Shown here in pieces: positions 17,748 through 27,053 of a stretch of 32,000 nucleotides of DNA. The stretch lies in assembly GCA_021650915.1 (NCBI GenBank), contig CP091279.1, positions 1,800,001-1,832,000 on the forward strand, in the 5' to 3' direction. The first letter of the stretch is position 1; each line of letters starts with the position of its first letter. This stretch comes from Candidatus Brocadia sp. GTDB lineage: Bacteria > Planctomycetota > Brocadiia > Brocadiales > Brocadiaceae. A program made the position numbers and the translations under genes. Under the pieces are notes generated by a model. It did not search any database. It saw only the letters and a program-made list of their open reading frames with translations, and was not told the DNA's origin.

Positions 17748-17771
17748 ACAATAACGTTTGACAATAACGTT
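17748..17771. promoter_or_regulatory. Tandem direct repeat ACAATAACGTT x2 (13-bp period) in the divergent ppcA / greA-like intergenic region
   Basis: acaataacgtt occurs at 17748-17758 and 17761-17771. A degenerate third copy, acaatatgtt, lies at 17731-17740. Each repeat contains the palindromic core AACGTT, and the array sits 40-63 nt upstream of the ppcA ATG. Confidence 0.35.
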
Positions 17772-17992
17772 GTCCCTTAACTTATCCTACAGGGAGATTA
17801 TAGTAAAAAAACCCGCATTTTCATTACATTATTTTAAAAACTGACAACGACCACGGTATTCCCGCGAAACACAACCCTGTTTCAAGACAACCGATTTCTT
17901 ACTTTTCTTATTAAGAAAATAGTTTTATAATAAGGATTTGCATAATTATACCATATTCTATTTTCACCGCACAATGAATTAGGAGAGCGATC

Positions 17993-20215
17993 ATGTCCGA
18001 TAAGTCCGTTGTCAATGAGAATAAGCACAGCGTAAGCGACCTGCTATCCCTTATTAATACCGAACAATACAACAAGCTGGAAGAAGTATGGCTCGAATTT
18101 GTTGAATCCAATAATAAAAGCCTATCCGACCTTTTCGAGGTAGTAGATCTTCTTATCAAGCGTGAGGAAAAAAAACGCGCCCAAGATTTCCTCATGATAC
18201 TCACACCTCATTACAAGCAGAAAGGCCTCTATCAGGATGTCCTGGAGATATTAAAAAAGATGCTGGAATATAATCCGAAAGAAAGAGGGCTGGCAAAAGA
18301 AATTGCCGAGTGTTACGCAAACATCTACAAAGACAAGCCCTGTGTGAAAGACCTTATTGAAAAAACCTGTCCGGAGACAACAGCCGATATCAGGGGCGCT
18401 TTGAAACTGTTAGAAAGATACTTTTATCTTGATCGCGGTAATTACGTCTTTCATAAAAGCTGGGGCGTTGGAGAGGTCGTATCGGTTGACACATCCAGCG
18501 AAAAAGTGCATATCAATTTTGAAAAAAAGAAAAACCACAGCATTGCTATGGATATTGCCCCGGATATATTACAAAAGCTGGATAACGATGATTTGCTGGT
18601 CATGATCTTTGCCCGTAAAGATGAACTTCAGAAGATGATTGATGAAAAGCCGGTCGACTTGATGAAACTCACGCTCAAATATTTTAAGGGAAGGGTGTCC
18701 GTTTCTCAGGCAAAGAACCGGCTTACCGCAGGGGCCATACCACCCGAGGAATGGAGCAGATGGTGGACAAGCACAAAGAAACTGCTTAAAAAAGACCCCT
18801 ATATCAAACTTACCGAAGGCACCCCCACAACCTCATTTCTTGAATTTCGCGCTTCCCCCATGACCCACCACCAGGAGATACTCGAAAGACTCAGCCATGT
18901 AAAAGATCTGGACACGAAGATAGAAATTACGAAAAAATATATCTCCGGAATAAAACAGACAGACGTGTGCAAAGAAACTCTCAGGGAACTGAGCAATCTC
19001 TTTATAAAGGAAGGAGACCAATGGCGTGACACGAAACCTTCGTTGGCGATAGAATGCCTTATCCTCCTGGAAGAGATCCACTGTGCTCTCAAAGAGGAAC
19101 CGGATACCTATAAAAAAGAAGTCGAAACGCGTATCACCACAAGCAACAATCTCCCGGAACTCGTTGAAGCTATCGGTATATTGGAATACAAAAAATACAT
19201 CCTTGACTTGTCAAAAAAGGTCAGACAAGAAAAATGGCAGGAGGAATTTGCCCGTCTCTTTTTTATAAACGACGGCAATCTATGGGATTTCATCATCAAG
19301 GAGCTGATTATCGAGAACCAGCAACACGCCATTGAAAATGTGGCATTAAAAGTATTCAATCACTTCAACGCATATCCGGAGCATTACATCTGGTTTTGCA
19401 AGAATTGCATGCACGGGCGATATTCTGAACTTTACAAAAATATTGATCCGGGTATCATGTTCAACCGGCTCATTGAGTTGTTAGACAACCTCTGTTTTAA
19501 GATCCAGAAAGGACGGGACGGAGATTTCAAGACCAGCGTCAACAAGATCAAAAATCTCATCGAGGATAAAGGAACTGATTATACCCTCGCGATTCTGAAT
19601 GATGCCAATGCGGAGAGCATCTTTACCATTGTCTCCAGCAGCAAGGGCCTGGAAGATTGGTTCAAGGTTTCTGTGGAAAGTGTTATTCATGACCGCTATC
19701 CGGAACTATTCGAAGAACCAGGACTTCCCAAACTTGACGAAAGTAAAATCTACGTCACCAAAGACGGATATGACAGAAAAAAGAAGGAATTTGACCATCT
19801 TATGAACGTGGAATTCCCGGAAAACGCACGCGACCTTGGAGAGGCTATCAGCCGGGGCGACCTGCGGGAAAATGCAGAATACAAAGCAGCCCGTGAAAAA
19901 CAGGCCATGCTCGTGGAAAAAGCAGAGCGTATGAAGGCAGAATTACAGCGGGTAGTTATTCTGGACCCACATTCTGTGCATCCGGAAACCGCATCACCGG
20001 GCACAAGAGTTACGTTAAAGCACCAGGGAAAGACAGAATTGGAGACCTACACCATACTAGGCCCCTGGGATGTCGACATTGAAAAGGGCGTCATCTCTTA
20101 CCTTTCACCGATTGGAAAAGGACTGCTGCACAAAGCGGCCGGAGAAACGGCAACCATCAAACTCCCGGAAGGAGAGTCTGTTTACGAAATCATCAAGATT
20201 GAAAAGGCTTTATAA
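17993..20215 (+). CDS. greA: GreA-domain transcript-cleavage factor with a ~585-aa N-terminal extension
   Basis: Residues ~585-740 form a full GreA module. It has a coiled-coil tip (GDLRENAEYKAAREKQAMLVEKAERMKAEL) and a C-terminal domain (ISYLSPIGKGLLHKAAGETATIKLP). GGAGAG lies upstream of the ATG. Confidence 0.85.
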   Translation: MSDKSVVNENKHSVSDLLSLINTEQYNKLEEVWLEFVESNNKSLSDLFEVVDLLIKREEKKRAQDFLMILTPHYKQKGLYQDVLEILKKMLEYNPKERGLAKEIAECYANIYKDKPCVKDLIEKTCPETTADIRGALKLLERYFYLDRGNYVFHKSWGVGEVVSVDTSSEKVHINFEKKKNHSIAMDIAPDILQKLDNDDLLVMIFARKDELQKMIDEKPVDLMKLTLKYFKGRVSVSQAKNRLTAGAIPPEEWSRWWTSTKKLLKKDPYIKLTEGTPTTSFLEFRASPMTHHQEILERLSHVKDLDTKIEITKKYISGIKQTDVCKETLRELSNLFIKEGDQWRDTKPSLAIECLILLEEIHCALKEEPDTYKKEVETRITTSNNLPELVEAIGILEYKKYILDLSKKVRQEKWQEEFARLFFINDGNLWDFIIKELIIENQQHAIENVALKVFNHFNAYPEHYIWFCKNCMHGRYSELYKNIDPGIMFNRLIELLDNLCFKIQKGRDGDFKTSVNKIKNLIEDKGTDYTLAILNDANAESIFTIVSSSKGLEDWFKVSVESVIHDRYPELFEEPGLPKLDESKIYVTKDGYDRKKKEFDHLMNVEFPENARDLGEAISRGDLRENAEYKAAREKQAMLVEKAERMKAELQRVVILDPHSVHPETASPGTRVTLKHQGKTELETYTILGPWDVDIEKGVISYLSPIGKGLLHKAAGETATIKLPEGESVYEIIKIEKAL

Positions 20216-20314
20216 TATTACCGTATAAAATCTTTCTCTTTTTACGAGTTTCTACAACCCCCTTCACCCTTTTTTCCCGGGAGGAATCGGTTGCGGCTGT
20301 GCCGCGTTATAAAT
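20210..20314 (+). repeat. Copy A of the dispersed ~100-bp intergenic repeat family
   Basis: It has an exact 13-mer gtataaaatcttt (20223-20235; also at 30763-30775). It also has an exact 14-mer ggttgcggctgtgc (20289-20302; also at 30950-30963). It fills the gap between the convergent greA-like and ABC ATPase genes. Confidence 0.6.
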
Positions 20315-20327
20315 TACACGCGCCTTT

Positions 20328-21083
20328 TCATTTCATAAAACGACTGAGAAACGCCTTTGTCCGCTCACCTTGAGGATGGAAAAACATCTCCTGCGGGCTG
20401 CCTTGTTCCACAATTTCACCCTTATCGAGAAAGATCACCCGGGTCGAGACGTCCCGTGCAAAGCCCATTTCATGCGTTGCGATTATCGTTGTCATCCCTT
20501 CCACCACCAGGTCCTTTATAACCTGGAGTACCTCTTCAATCATCACGGGGTCAAGGGAGGACGTCGGTTCATCAAAGAGCATCGCTTCAGGCTTCATCGC
20601 CAGGGCACGGGCAATAGCCACCCGCTGCTGTTCACCTCCTGACAATTGTCCCGGATATTTTTGCGCCTTTTTCTCCAGATGCACCTTCCTGAGTAAAGAA
20701 ACAGCTTGTGCCTCGGCTTCGGCCTGCTCAACACCCAGCACATGCATGGGAGCCACGGTTATGTTGTGAAGCACGGACATGTGGGGAAAAAGATTAAACT
20801 GCTGAAAGACCATTCCGACCTGCCGGCGGATATTCTTTACTGCGAGAGCCGCTTGCTCCTTATGATACGCCTGCTCATTGACGCCATAGAGCCTTTGACC
20901 ATCAACTGCTATGCAACCTCTCTGAAATAGTTCCAATCCATTCAGGCATCGCAATAGGGTACTCTTGCCACTGCCAGATGGTCCAATCAGAGAGACAACG
21001 TTACCCTTTTCCATAGCAAGATGCAGTCCTTTGAAGAGAAACTGCTGATCATATGCCTTGAACAGATTATCAATTTCTATCAT
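20328..21083 (-). CDS. Polar amino-acid ABC transporter ATP-binding protein (GlnQ-like)
   Basis: Walker A GPSGSGKST, signature LSGGEQQRVAIARAL and Walker B MLFDEPTSSLD. The start overlaps the upstream permease gene by 14 nt. Confidence 0.9.
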   Translation of the reverse strand: MIEIDNLFKAYDQQFLFKGLHLAMEKGNVVSLIGPSGSGKSTLLRCLNGLELFQRGCIAVDGQRLYGVNEQAYHKEQAALAVKNIRRQVGMVFQQFNLFPHMSVLHNITVAPMHVLGVEQAEAEAQAVSLLRKVHLEKKAQKYPGQLSGGEQQRVAIARALAMKPEAMLFDEPTSSLDPVMIEEVLQVIKDLVVEGMTTIIATHEMGFARDVSTRVIFLDKGEIVEQGSPQEMFFHPQGERTKAFLSRFMK

Positions 21084-22593
21084 GCAATTTTAACCTCTTT
21101 TCCAGTTTTCTGGCATACAGAGACAAGGGATAGCTCATGCCAAAATAGAGGAGCGCCGTAATAATTCCCAGGGTGAAAAAATCCATTGATGCAGCCGCCA
21201 GGATACCATAACTCTTCGTCAGTTCCGTTATGGCAACGACAGAGACGAGAGACGAATCCTTAAACAGAGCAATGAAATCATTGGTCATGGACGGTATGGC
21301 AATGCGCAATGCCTGTGGCAGAATAATTCGCCGTAAGGTCAGGCGTCCTGACATGCCAAGCGATAATGCGGCCTCAGTTTGCCCCCGGGGAATAGCCTGC
21401 ATGCCGGCACGATAGATCTCCGCCTCATAAGCGGCATAGTTCATGCCTAACCCAAGAATGGCAACAGCAAAGGCGCCCAGGGAGATACCGACGTTTGGCA
21501 AACCATAATACAAGATATACAACTGGATAAGGAGTGGTGTTCCCCGGTACATCTCGATGTAGGCAGTAGATGCCTTTTGTAACCATCGATTCCCATAGCA
21601 TCTCATCATCGCCAGGATAAGCCCCAGAAGAACGGCAAGCATCATGGATAAAAGGGAAATTCCTATGGTGACCAAGGCGCCTTTCAGCAAGGTAGGCAGG
21701 AATTTCACCGCCGCAAGGGGCGCCCTTTCAGCAACAACCGGAGGACGTTCCGTGTACTTTTGCAAAAGCCCCTCATGCAAAAAGAGCCTCTCCTGTGAAC
21801 TATTCCACAGTCCCCAACGGCTATAAATCTTTTTTAATTCCCCCGTTCTCAAAAGTTTTTCGATGATCTTGTTCAGCTCTTCCGCCAGGGCTGCATCTTC
21901 CCTTCGAAGGGCAACGCCATAATAACCCTCACCGACGGCACCGCCTACCATGCGCAATTGCGGATTGGGCTTGGCATAGTATGCGGCAATGGGCAAATCC
22001 ACAAGGACGGCATCAATGCGATTTAAAGAAAGGTCTTTGAAAGGTTCCACCTGTCCACTGTAGACACTCACCGCAACATCTCCCATCTCCTCCAGGAGAC
22101 GTTTTGCCTCAGTGTTGTACAAGGTGCCAACCTTTTTACCGTGAAGGTCTTCCAGACGATTCATCCGATTGTCCGATGCCCGGACAACGATCTGCTCGGC
22201 ATATACATAATAGGGTCTGGTAAACAACACCGACTGCGCTCTCTCCGGTGTGATCTCGATGCCGTTCAGCGCAATATCAAAGTCCCCGCGCTGAAGGGAA
22301 AGCAGGATGCTGTCCCATGCATTCTGGAAATACTGCACCTCTACTCCCAGTTCTCTGGCAATGGCGTCAACCAGTTCCACCTCAAAACCTATGAGTTTTG
22401 TTGGGTGTGCAGGATCGTGAAACACGTAAGGGGCGCCTCCCTCTGCATCAAATCCCCAGGTCATTGTCCCGGAATTCTTTATCTTCTCAAGGGTATCCTG
22501 ATGTGCGCATGCATCCGTTGGGAAAAAATACATTAGCCACAGACATATCTGTAATACGACAATGCTCCGAATAACGAAAGGTGGATATTTCAT
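21070..22593 (-). CDS. Fused amino-acid ABC substrate-binding domain and permease (GlnP-like)
   Basis: An N-terminal signal/anchor is followed by an SBP_bac_3-like domain (GFEVELVDAIARELG...DIALNGIEITPER). A His/Glu/Gln/Arg-type permease domain follows (EAA loop LSLGMSGRLTLRRIILPQALRIAIPS). The likely start is MKYPPF at 22593; the ORF-track start at 22728 adds 45 unlikely residues. Confidence 0.85.
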   Translation of the reverse strand: MKYPPFVIRSIVVLQICLWLMYFFPTDACAHQDTLEKIKNSGTMTWGFDAEGGAPYVFHDPAHPTKLIGFEVELVDAIARELGVEVQYFQNAWDSILLSLQRGDFDIALNGIEITPERAQSVLFTRPYYVYAEQIVVRASDNRMNRLEDLHGKKVGTLYNTEAKRLLEEMGDVAVSVYSGQVEPFKDLSLNRIDAVLVDLPIAAYYAKPNPQLRMVGGAVGEGYYGVALRREDAALAEELNKIIEKLLRTGELKKIYSRWGLWNSSQERLFLHEGLLQKYTERPPVVAERAPLAAVKFLPTLLKGALVTIGISLLSMMLAVLLGLILAMMRCYGNRWLQKASTAYIEMYRGTPLLIQLYILYYGLPNVGISLGAFAVAILGLGMNYAAYEAEIYRAGMQAIPRGQTEAALSLGMSGRLTLRRIILPQALRIAIPSMTNDFIALFKDSSLVSVVAITELTKSYGILAAASMDFFTLGIITALLYFGMSYPLSLYARKLEKRLKLHDRN

Positions 22594-23011
22594 AGCCATA
22601 ACTATAAGCATTTCATGAAATCTTCTCAAGATAAATCCTTGACAATACCAATGAATTTCAGTTATACTGCTTTTTGTGAAACCCGTAATCCTTAAAAGGA
22701 CGGGCATTATGAAGGGTATCTTCTTCATGCATAAAGTTCTTGCGGAAAATAGTTACCTTCCCTACATGATCCTCAACCACTTACAAAGGTCAAAATAATT
22801 TCAGACTACCTAATACATCCGCAAAAAAACGCAGTTATCTTCCCAAATCAGAGAACATGCTTACCGGAATTGCAATGGTCTTCGAAGGAAAAACAATCCC
22901 TTTGGAATTCTGTTGTAAATTTTTTAATAGTTCACCCTACCGTACCCTCTTTTTTCAACGGATGAGGAACTGAACTATTGTGAACCATTTTAAGACTACA
23001 AGGAGGCCGAA

Positions 23012-23326
23012 ATGAATATTTTTGTTGGTAATTTGTCGCACGATGCAACCGAAGATGACTTGAGGCAGGCTTTCGAGGCCTTCGGACAAGTGAAATCAGT
23101 CAAGGTCATTAAGGACTTATTCAGCGGTGCATCAAAAGGATTCGGGTTTGTGGAAATGCAAGCCAAGGCTGAAGCACAATCCGCAATAAATGGCCTGAAT
23201 GGCAAGGATTTAAAGGGACGGATGCTTAACGTCAATGAAGCTCGTCCCCGTCCGGAAGGCGGCAGAGGGGGTGGTGGCGGTGGAGGAAGGTCAGGCGGCG
23301 GAAGACCAGGCGGACGACGTTTCTAG
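23012..23326 (+). CDS. RRM-type RNA-binding protein with a Gly/Arg-rich tail
   Basis: RNP2 NIFVGNL, RNP1 KGFGFVEM and a C-terminal GGRGGGGGGGRSGGGRPGGRRF tail. AAGGAGG lies upstream of the ATG. Confidence 0.9.
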   Translation: MNIFVGNLSHDATEDDLRQAFEAFGQVKSVKVIKDLFSGASKGFGFVEMQAKAEAQSAINGLNGKDLKGRMLNVNEARPRPEGGRGGGGGGGRSGGGRPGGRRF

Positions 23327-23364
23327 CAAACACATCCGGACACAATTGCATCATACGAGGACTG

Positions 23365-23431
23365 CGCCGGAGGGTAAATACAAGGGGAAAATGAAAGATT
23401 TCCCACATCCGACTCCGGCGGTCTTCTTTTC
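23365..23431 (+). terminator. Rho-independent terminator candidate after the RRM gene
   Basis: An 8-bp outer stem pairs CGCCGGAG (23365-23372) with CTCCGGCG (23413-23420). An inner GGGAAA/TTTCCC helix lies within it. The T-rich tail gtcttcttttct follows, 39 nt after the stop codon. Confidence 0.5.
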
Positions 23432-23646
23432 TATTCCAGCGTTATCTTGCAAAATCGTCTCCTTTGAGCAAGCTTTGTCATAATCCCCCTCATCCCTTAG
23501 TTCCCGCGGGAGTATTTGATTGTGACCTCGCCGCGCTTGGAGATACCGGTATGATCTCAGGAAAGAAGAGGGTGAAACAAATTTTAGGAACCGCCTGAAT
23601 TCGTAAATTTAATATCGTTAAGGCAACAATTTAACATCGTGTAGGA

Positions 23647-25218
23647 ATGCTTATGGAAAAATTTAAGGCACTGGGATTATCAGAAAACACATTGCGAGCC
23701 TTGGAGAAAAAGGGCTTTGAAGAGCCGACCCCGATTCAGCAAAAGACGATCCCGATTCTTCTCAGGGGAGAGGTAGATATTATCGGACAGGCCCAGACGG
23801 GAACGGGCAAAACGGCTGCATTTGGGCTTCCCATACTCGAAAGGATACCAGAAAAATCAAAGGCCGTCCAGGCACTGATTCTTGTCCCCACGAGGGAGCT
23901 GGCTATCCAGGTATCAGACGAATTAAACTCTCTTAAAGGAGCCAAAGTTCTGCAGATCATGCCCATCTACGGGGGCCAGTCGATGGAAGAACAACTGAGA
24001 CGATTGAGAAAGGGGATAGACATCGTAGTCGGAACCCCCGGAAGAATACTGGATCATCTCAGGAGAAAAAGCTTGCACTTGGGAAATATATCCTATCTGG
24101 TCCTTGACGAAGCGGATGAGATGCTTAACATGGGGTTCATTGACGATGTGGAAGAAATTATAAAAAATACCAACGCACAGAAAAGAATGCTGCTCTTTTC
24201 TGCCACCATGCCGGGGAAAATTATCCATATTGCGGAAAAATACATGCAAAACTACGAGATGATCGGGGTTAAAAAAGAGCAGCTTACCACAAACCTGACG
24301 GATCAGATCTATTTTGAAGTGGCGCCTTCGGATAAATTTGATGCATTATGCAGGATTATCGATATTGAACATGAATTCTATGGTCTCATATTTTGCAGAA
24401 CAAAAATTGACGTGGACAACCTTGCAAACAAACTGATAGAAAGAGGATATGACGCGGAGGCGTTGCATGGCGATATCTCTCAAAACCAGCGGGAAATCAT
24501 ATTAAGCAAATTCCGAAAACAGCGGATTAATATCCTGGTGGCTACGGATGTTGCCGCCAGAGGCATCGATATTCAAAACTTGACCCATGTCATCAATTAT
24601 TCCCTGCCTCAGGACCCTGAATCGTATATCCACAGGATCGGAAGAACAGGGAGGGCAGGGAAGGAAGGCACTGCCATAACTTTTGTTACGCATGATGAAT
24701 ACAGAAGACTTGTCCTGATCAAAAAAATCGCCAAAACCGATATCCGGAAAGAAAAACTGCCGCGAATTGAAGATGTCATACGGCAAAAAAAATCCAGAAT
24801 AAAAGCAGAAATCTCCCAGATTATTACCGCGGAGGACATGAACGGATATGTGGAGCTCGCACAGGAAATGCTGAAAGAAAACGAGGCGGAAAAGGTGCTG
24901 GCAGCCCTTTTAAAACATACCTTTCAGGATGAACTGGACGAAAGTAATTATAATGAAATCAGGGACATTTCGATTGACAGGAAAGGGACAACCCGGCTCT
25001 TTGTAGCGCTGGGAAAAATCGATGGCATGACCCCAAAAAAATTAATAACGTTTATCAAACAACAAGCCAAAGTTCATAGCGAAAAAATAAAGGATATCCA
25101 GATATTTGACAAATTTTCTTTTGTCACGGTACCCTTTGAAGAAGCGGAAATTATGCTGAATATTTTCAAAAAGAAAACCGGCGGTAAAAGACCTATCGTT
25201 GAAAGGGCAAAAAGATAA
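23647..25218 (+). CDS. DEAD-box ATP-dependent RNA helicase with a DbpA-like C-terminal RNA-binding domain
   Basis: Q motif (FEEPTPIQ), motif I AQTGTGKT, DEAD box, SAT, and HRIGRTGRAG. The second ATG at 23653 has better AGGA spacing and may be the true start. Confidence 0.9.
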   Translation: MLMEKFKALGLSENTLRALEKKGFEEPTPIQQKTIPILLRGEVDIIGQAQTGTGKTAAFGLPILERIPEKSKAVQALILVPTRELAIQVSDELNSLKGAKVLQIMPIYGGQSMEEQLRRLRKGIDIVVGTPGRILDHLRRKSLHLGNISYLVLDEADEMLNMGFIDDVEEIIKNTNAQKRMLLFSATMPGKIIHIAEKYMQNYEMIGVKKEQLTTNLTDQIYFEVAPSDKFDALCRIIDIEHEFYGLIFCRTKIDVDNLANKLIERGYDAEALHGDISQNQREIILSKFRKQRINILVATDVAARGIDIQNLTHVINYSLPQDPESYIHRIGRTGRAGKEGTAITFVTHDEYRRLVLIKKIAKTDIRKEKLPRIEDVIRQKKSRIKAEISQIITAEDMNGYVELAQEMLKENEAEKVLAALLKHTFQDELDESNYNEIRDISIDRKGTTRLFVALGKIDGMTPKKLITFIKQQAKVHSEKIKDIQIFDKFSFVTVPFEEAEIMLNIFKKKTGGKRPIVERAKR

Positions 25219-25240
25219 AAGCCCTTCGTCACCGGCAAAA

Positions 25241-26944
25241 TTACTTACGCCCTTGCATCGATTTTAATTTGTTATAGATAGCAAATTCTGCCTCTGCTTC
25301 AACATGCATGCCTTTTTTTCGGTAGAGCAGGCCCAAGTTTTTATGGGCATCCTTATCATCCGCATTGATATCCAATACTCTTTTATACGCTTCAATGGCC
25401 TCGTCCTGCCGGCCGATATCCTGATAAACAAGGCCTAAATTGTAATAGGCATTTACCAGACCAGGATCGATTTCAACCGCCTTCTCCCAGTAAGGAATGG
25501 CAGTGGTATGCATATTTTTCCTGGCATAGGCATTGCCTAATTTATACTGTATGTCTGCATGGTCAGGGTAGCTTTCAACGACCTTTTCCCACATAGATAT
25601 GGCCTTGTCCGTCGCCCCCCCCGCATCGTAGGCGTCCGCAAGACTGGTCAGGGCATCATAGTCTGAGGGATTAATCTCCAGAACTTTATTCCACATGGAA
25701 ATGGCCTTATCCAGCTTTTTCTGATTATAGTACGCCACCCCAAGGTTAAAATAGGCATCCGTATTCGTGGGATTCAGCTCAATGGTTTTCTTCCAGGCGG
25801 CAATGGACTTGTCAAGCCTCCCTTTTACCGCATAGAGTTCACCGTAATGATAATATGCCTCTTCATAATCGGGCTTTACCCTGATGGCTTTGTCATATTC
25901 GGATAGGGCTTCTTCCAGGAGATCCTTTTCCGTGTACACCTCACCCAGTTTTAGATACGCCTCCGCAATTTTTGGATTCAGCTTCAGCGCCTTTTCCAGG
26001 AAAGATACCGCATCTTCAGATTTCCCTTCTTCACTATAGACAAGACCGAGGTTATAGTGCGCTTCAGCAAATTTTGGTTCTACTTCTACCGTCTTTTTAA
26101 AGGCATCCGCTGCCTCATGCAAATTTCCTTTCGCATAAAAGGCAATTCCCAGATTATTCCATGCCTCAGCATAATTTCTCTCCAGCTGAGTTGCAGAGCT
26201 ATGTTCGTCAATCGCCCTTTCGAAGTCACCCTTCTTGAAATACAAGGTGCCAAGATAATTGTGCGCCTCAGCATCTCTTGGATTCAGGGCAATGGTCTCC
26301 TGAAATTCACTTATTGCCTTGTCACTAAGGCGTTTTTTGTAATATGCCAGGCCCAGCATAAAATGAAAATCTGCTTCCTTAGGATCGAGTTTGATTGCAT
26401 TCTTCAGATAGAAAATACATTCGTCCGACATTTTTTCATCATAATAAAGGAGCGCCAGGTTGTAGTTCGTATCCGCAACCGATGGATTTAATTTGAGGCT
26501 TTCTTTCAATGCCGAAAGCGCTTCCGGATACGCATTTTTCCGCCGGTAGGCGCGCCCAAGATCATTGTATGCATCCGCCCTTTCTAATGTCTGATCAGCC
26601 CTATAATATGAGAGGGCTGCAAGCAGTGCATCAACGGCTTCCTCTATTTTATCATTCTCATAATAGGCCTTTCCCAGGTAATGACGCAATTCTCCGTCCT
26701 CCGGCATTCCATCAGCAGCAAGCTTCAGTTCCTCAAGGGCCTCTTCAATCATCCCCTTGTTAAAACAGGAAATGCCCAAGGCCTTATGCTGCGCCGGTGT
26801 GGTGGCGCCAGTAAACTTGCCAGAAATCGAATTGAGGTATCCCCCTGACGACTTCTTCTCTGTCCCGGCATAATAGGCAGACCGGCATGCTATCGGTACG
26901 GTAATCACGAATAGAGATATCAGCAATGGTTTTTTGATAATCAT
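25241..26944 (-). CDS. TPR repeat lipoprotein (about 14-15 TPR units)
   Basis: Signal peptide with lipobox (VITVPIAC). It is followed by regular 34-aa repeats with the A..YNLG.aY...g....A...y..Al.l.P pattern throughout. Confidence 0.85.
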   Translation of the reverse strand: MIIKKPLLISLFVITVPIACRSAYYAGTEKKSSGGYLNSISGKFTGATTPAQHKALGISCFNKGMIEEALEELKLAADGMPEDGELRHYLGKAYYENDKIEEAVDALLAALSYYRADQTLERADAYNDLGRAYRRKNAYPEALSALKESLKLNPSVADTNYNLALLYYDEKMSDECIFYLKNAIKLDPKEADFHFMLGLAYYKKRLSDKAISEFQETIALNPRDAEAHNYLGTLYFKKGDFERAIDEHSSATQLERNYAEAWNNLGIAFYAKGNLHEAADAFKKTVEVEPKFAEAHYNLGLVYSEEGKSEDAVSFLEKALKLNPKIAEAYLKLGEVYTEKDLLEEALSEYDKAIRVKPDYEEAYYHYGELYAVKGRLDKSIAAWKKTIELNPTNTDAYFNLGVAYYNQKKLDKAISMWNKVLEINPSDYDALTSLADAYDAGGATDKAISMWEKVVESYPDHADIQYKLGNAYARKNMHTTAIPYWEKAVEIDPGLVNAYYNLGLVYQDIGRQDEAIEAYKRVLDINADDKDAHKNLGLLYRKKGMHVEAEAEFAIYNKLKSMQGRK

Positions 26945-27024
26945 GATATTTTTGGAATTTAGAAAAAGGATGGATGCAAGCGCTGAAGACCAAAGGATTA
27001 TTTGTTTTGTCTGCCGCGAAGGTC

Positions 27025-27053
27025 AATTTATCAAAGTGCCATACTCATGTCAA
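27025..27053 (-). promoter_or_regulatory. Candidate promoter of the TPR gene
   Basis: The minus strand reads TTGACA (27053..27048), a 17-nt spacer, then TAAATT (27030..27025). This implies a leader of about 75 nt. Confidence 0.4.

Noticed and set aside
22729-23011. Possible sixth, degenerate repeat-family copy (tgtaaattttttaatagttcaccctaccgtaccctcttttttcaacgg) upstream of the RRM gene.
   Set aside because: It shares only short T-rich words. The head 11-mer and the TTGGTTGC tail are absent, so the similarity is too weak to call by eye.
23235-23483. 82-aa plus-strand ORF overlapping the RRM gene 3' end.
   Set aside because: It is an out-of-frame overlap with the Gly/Arg-rich tail coding region and runs through the terminator hairpin. 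It has no SD.
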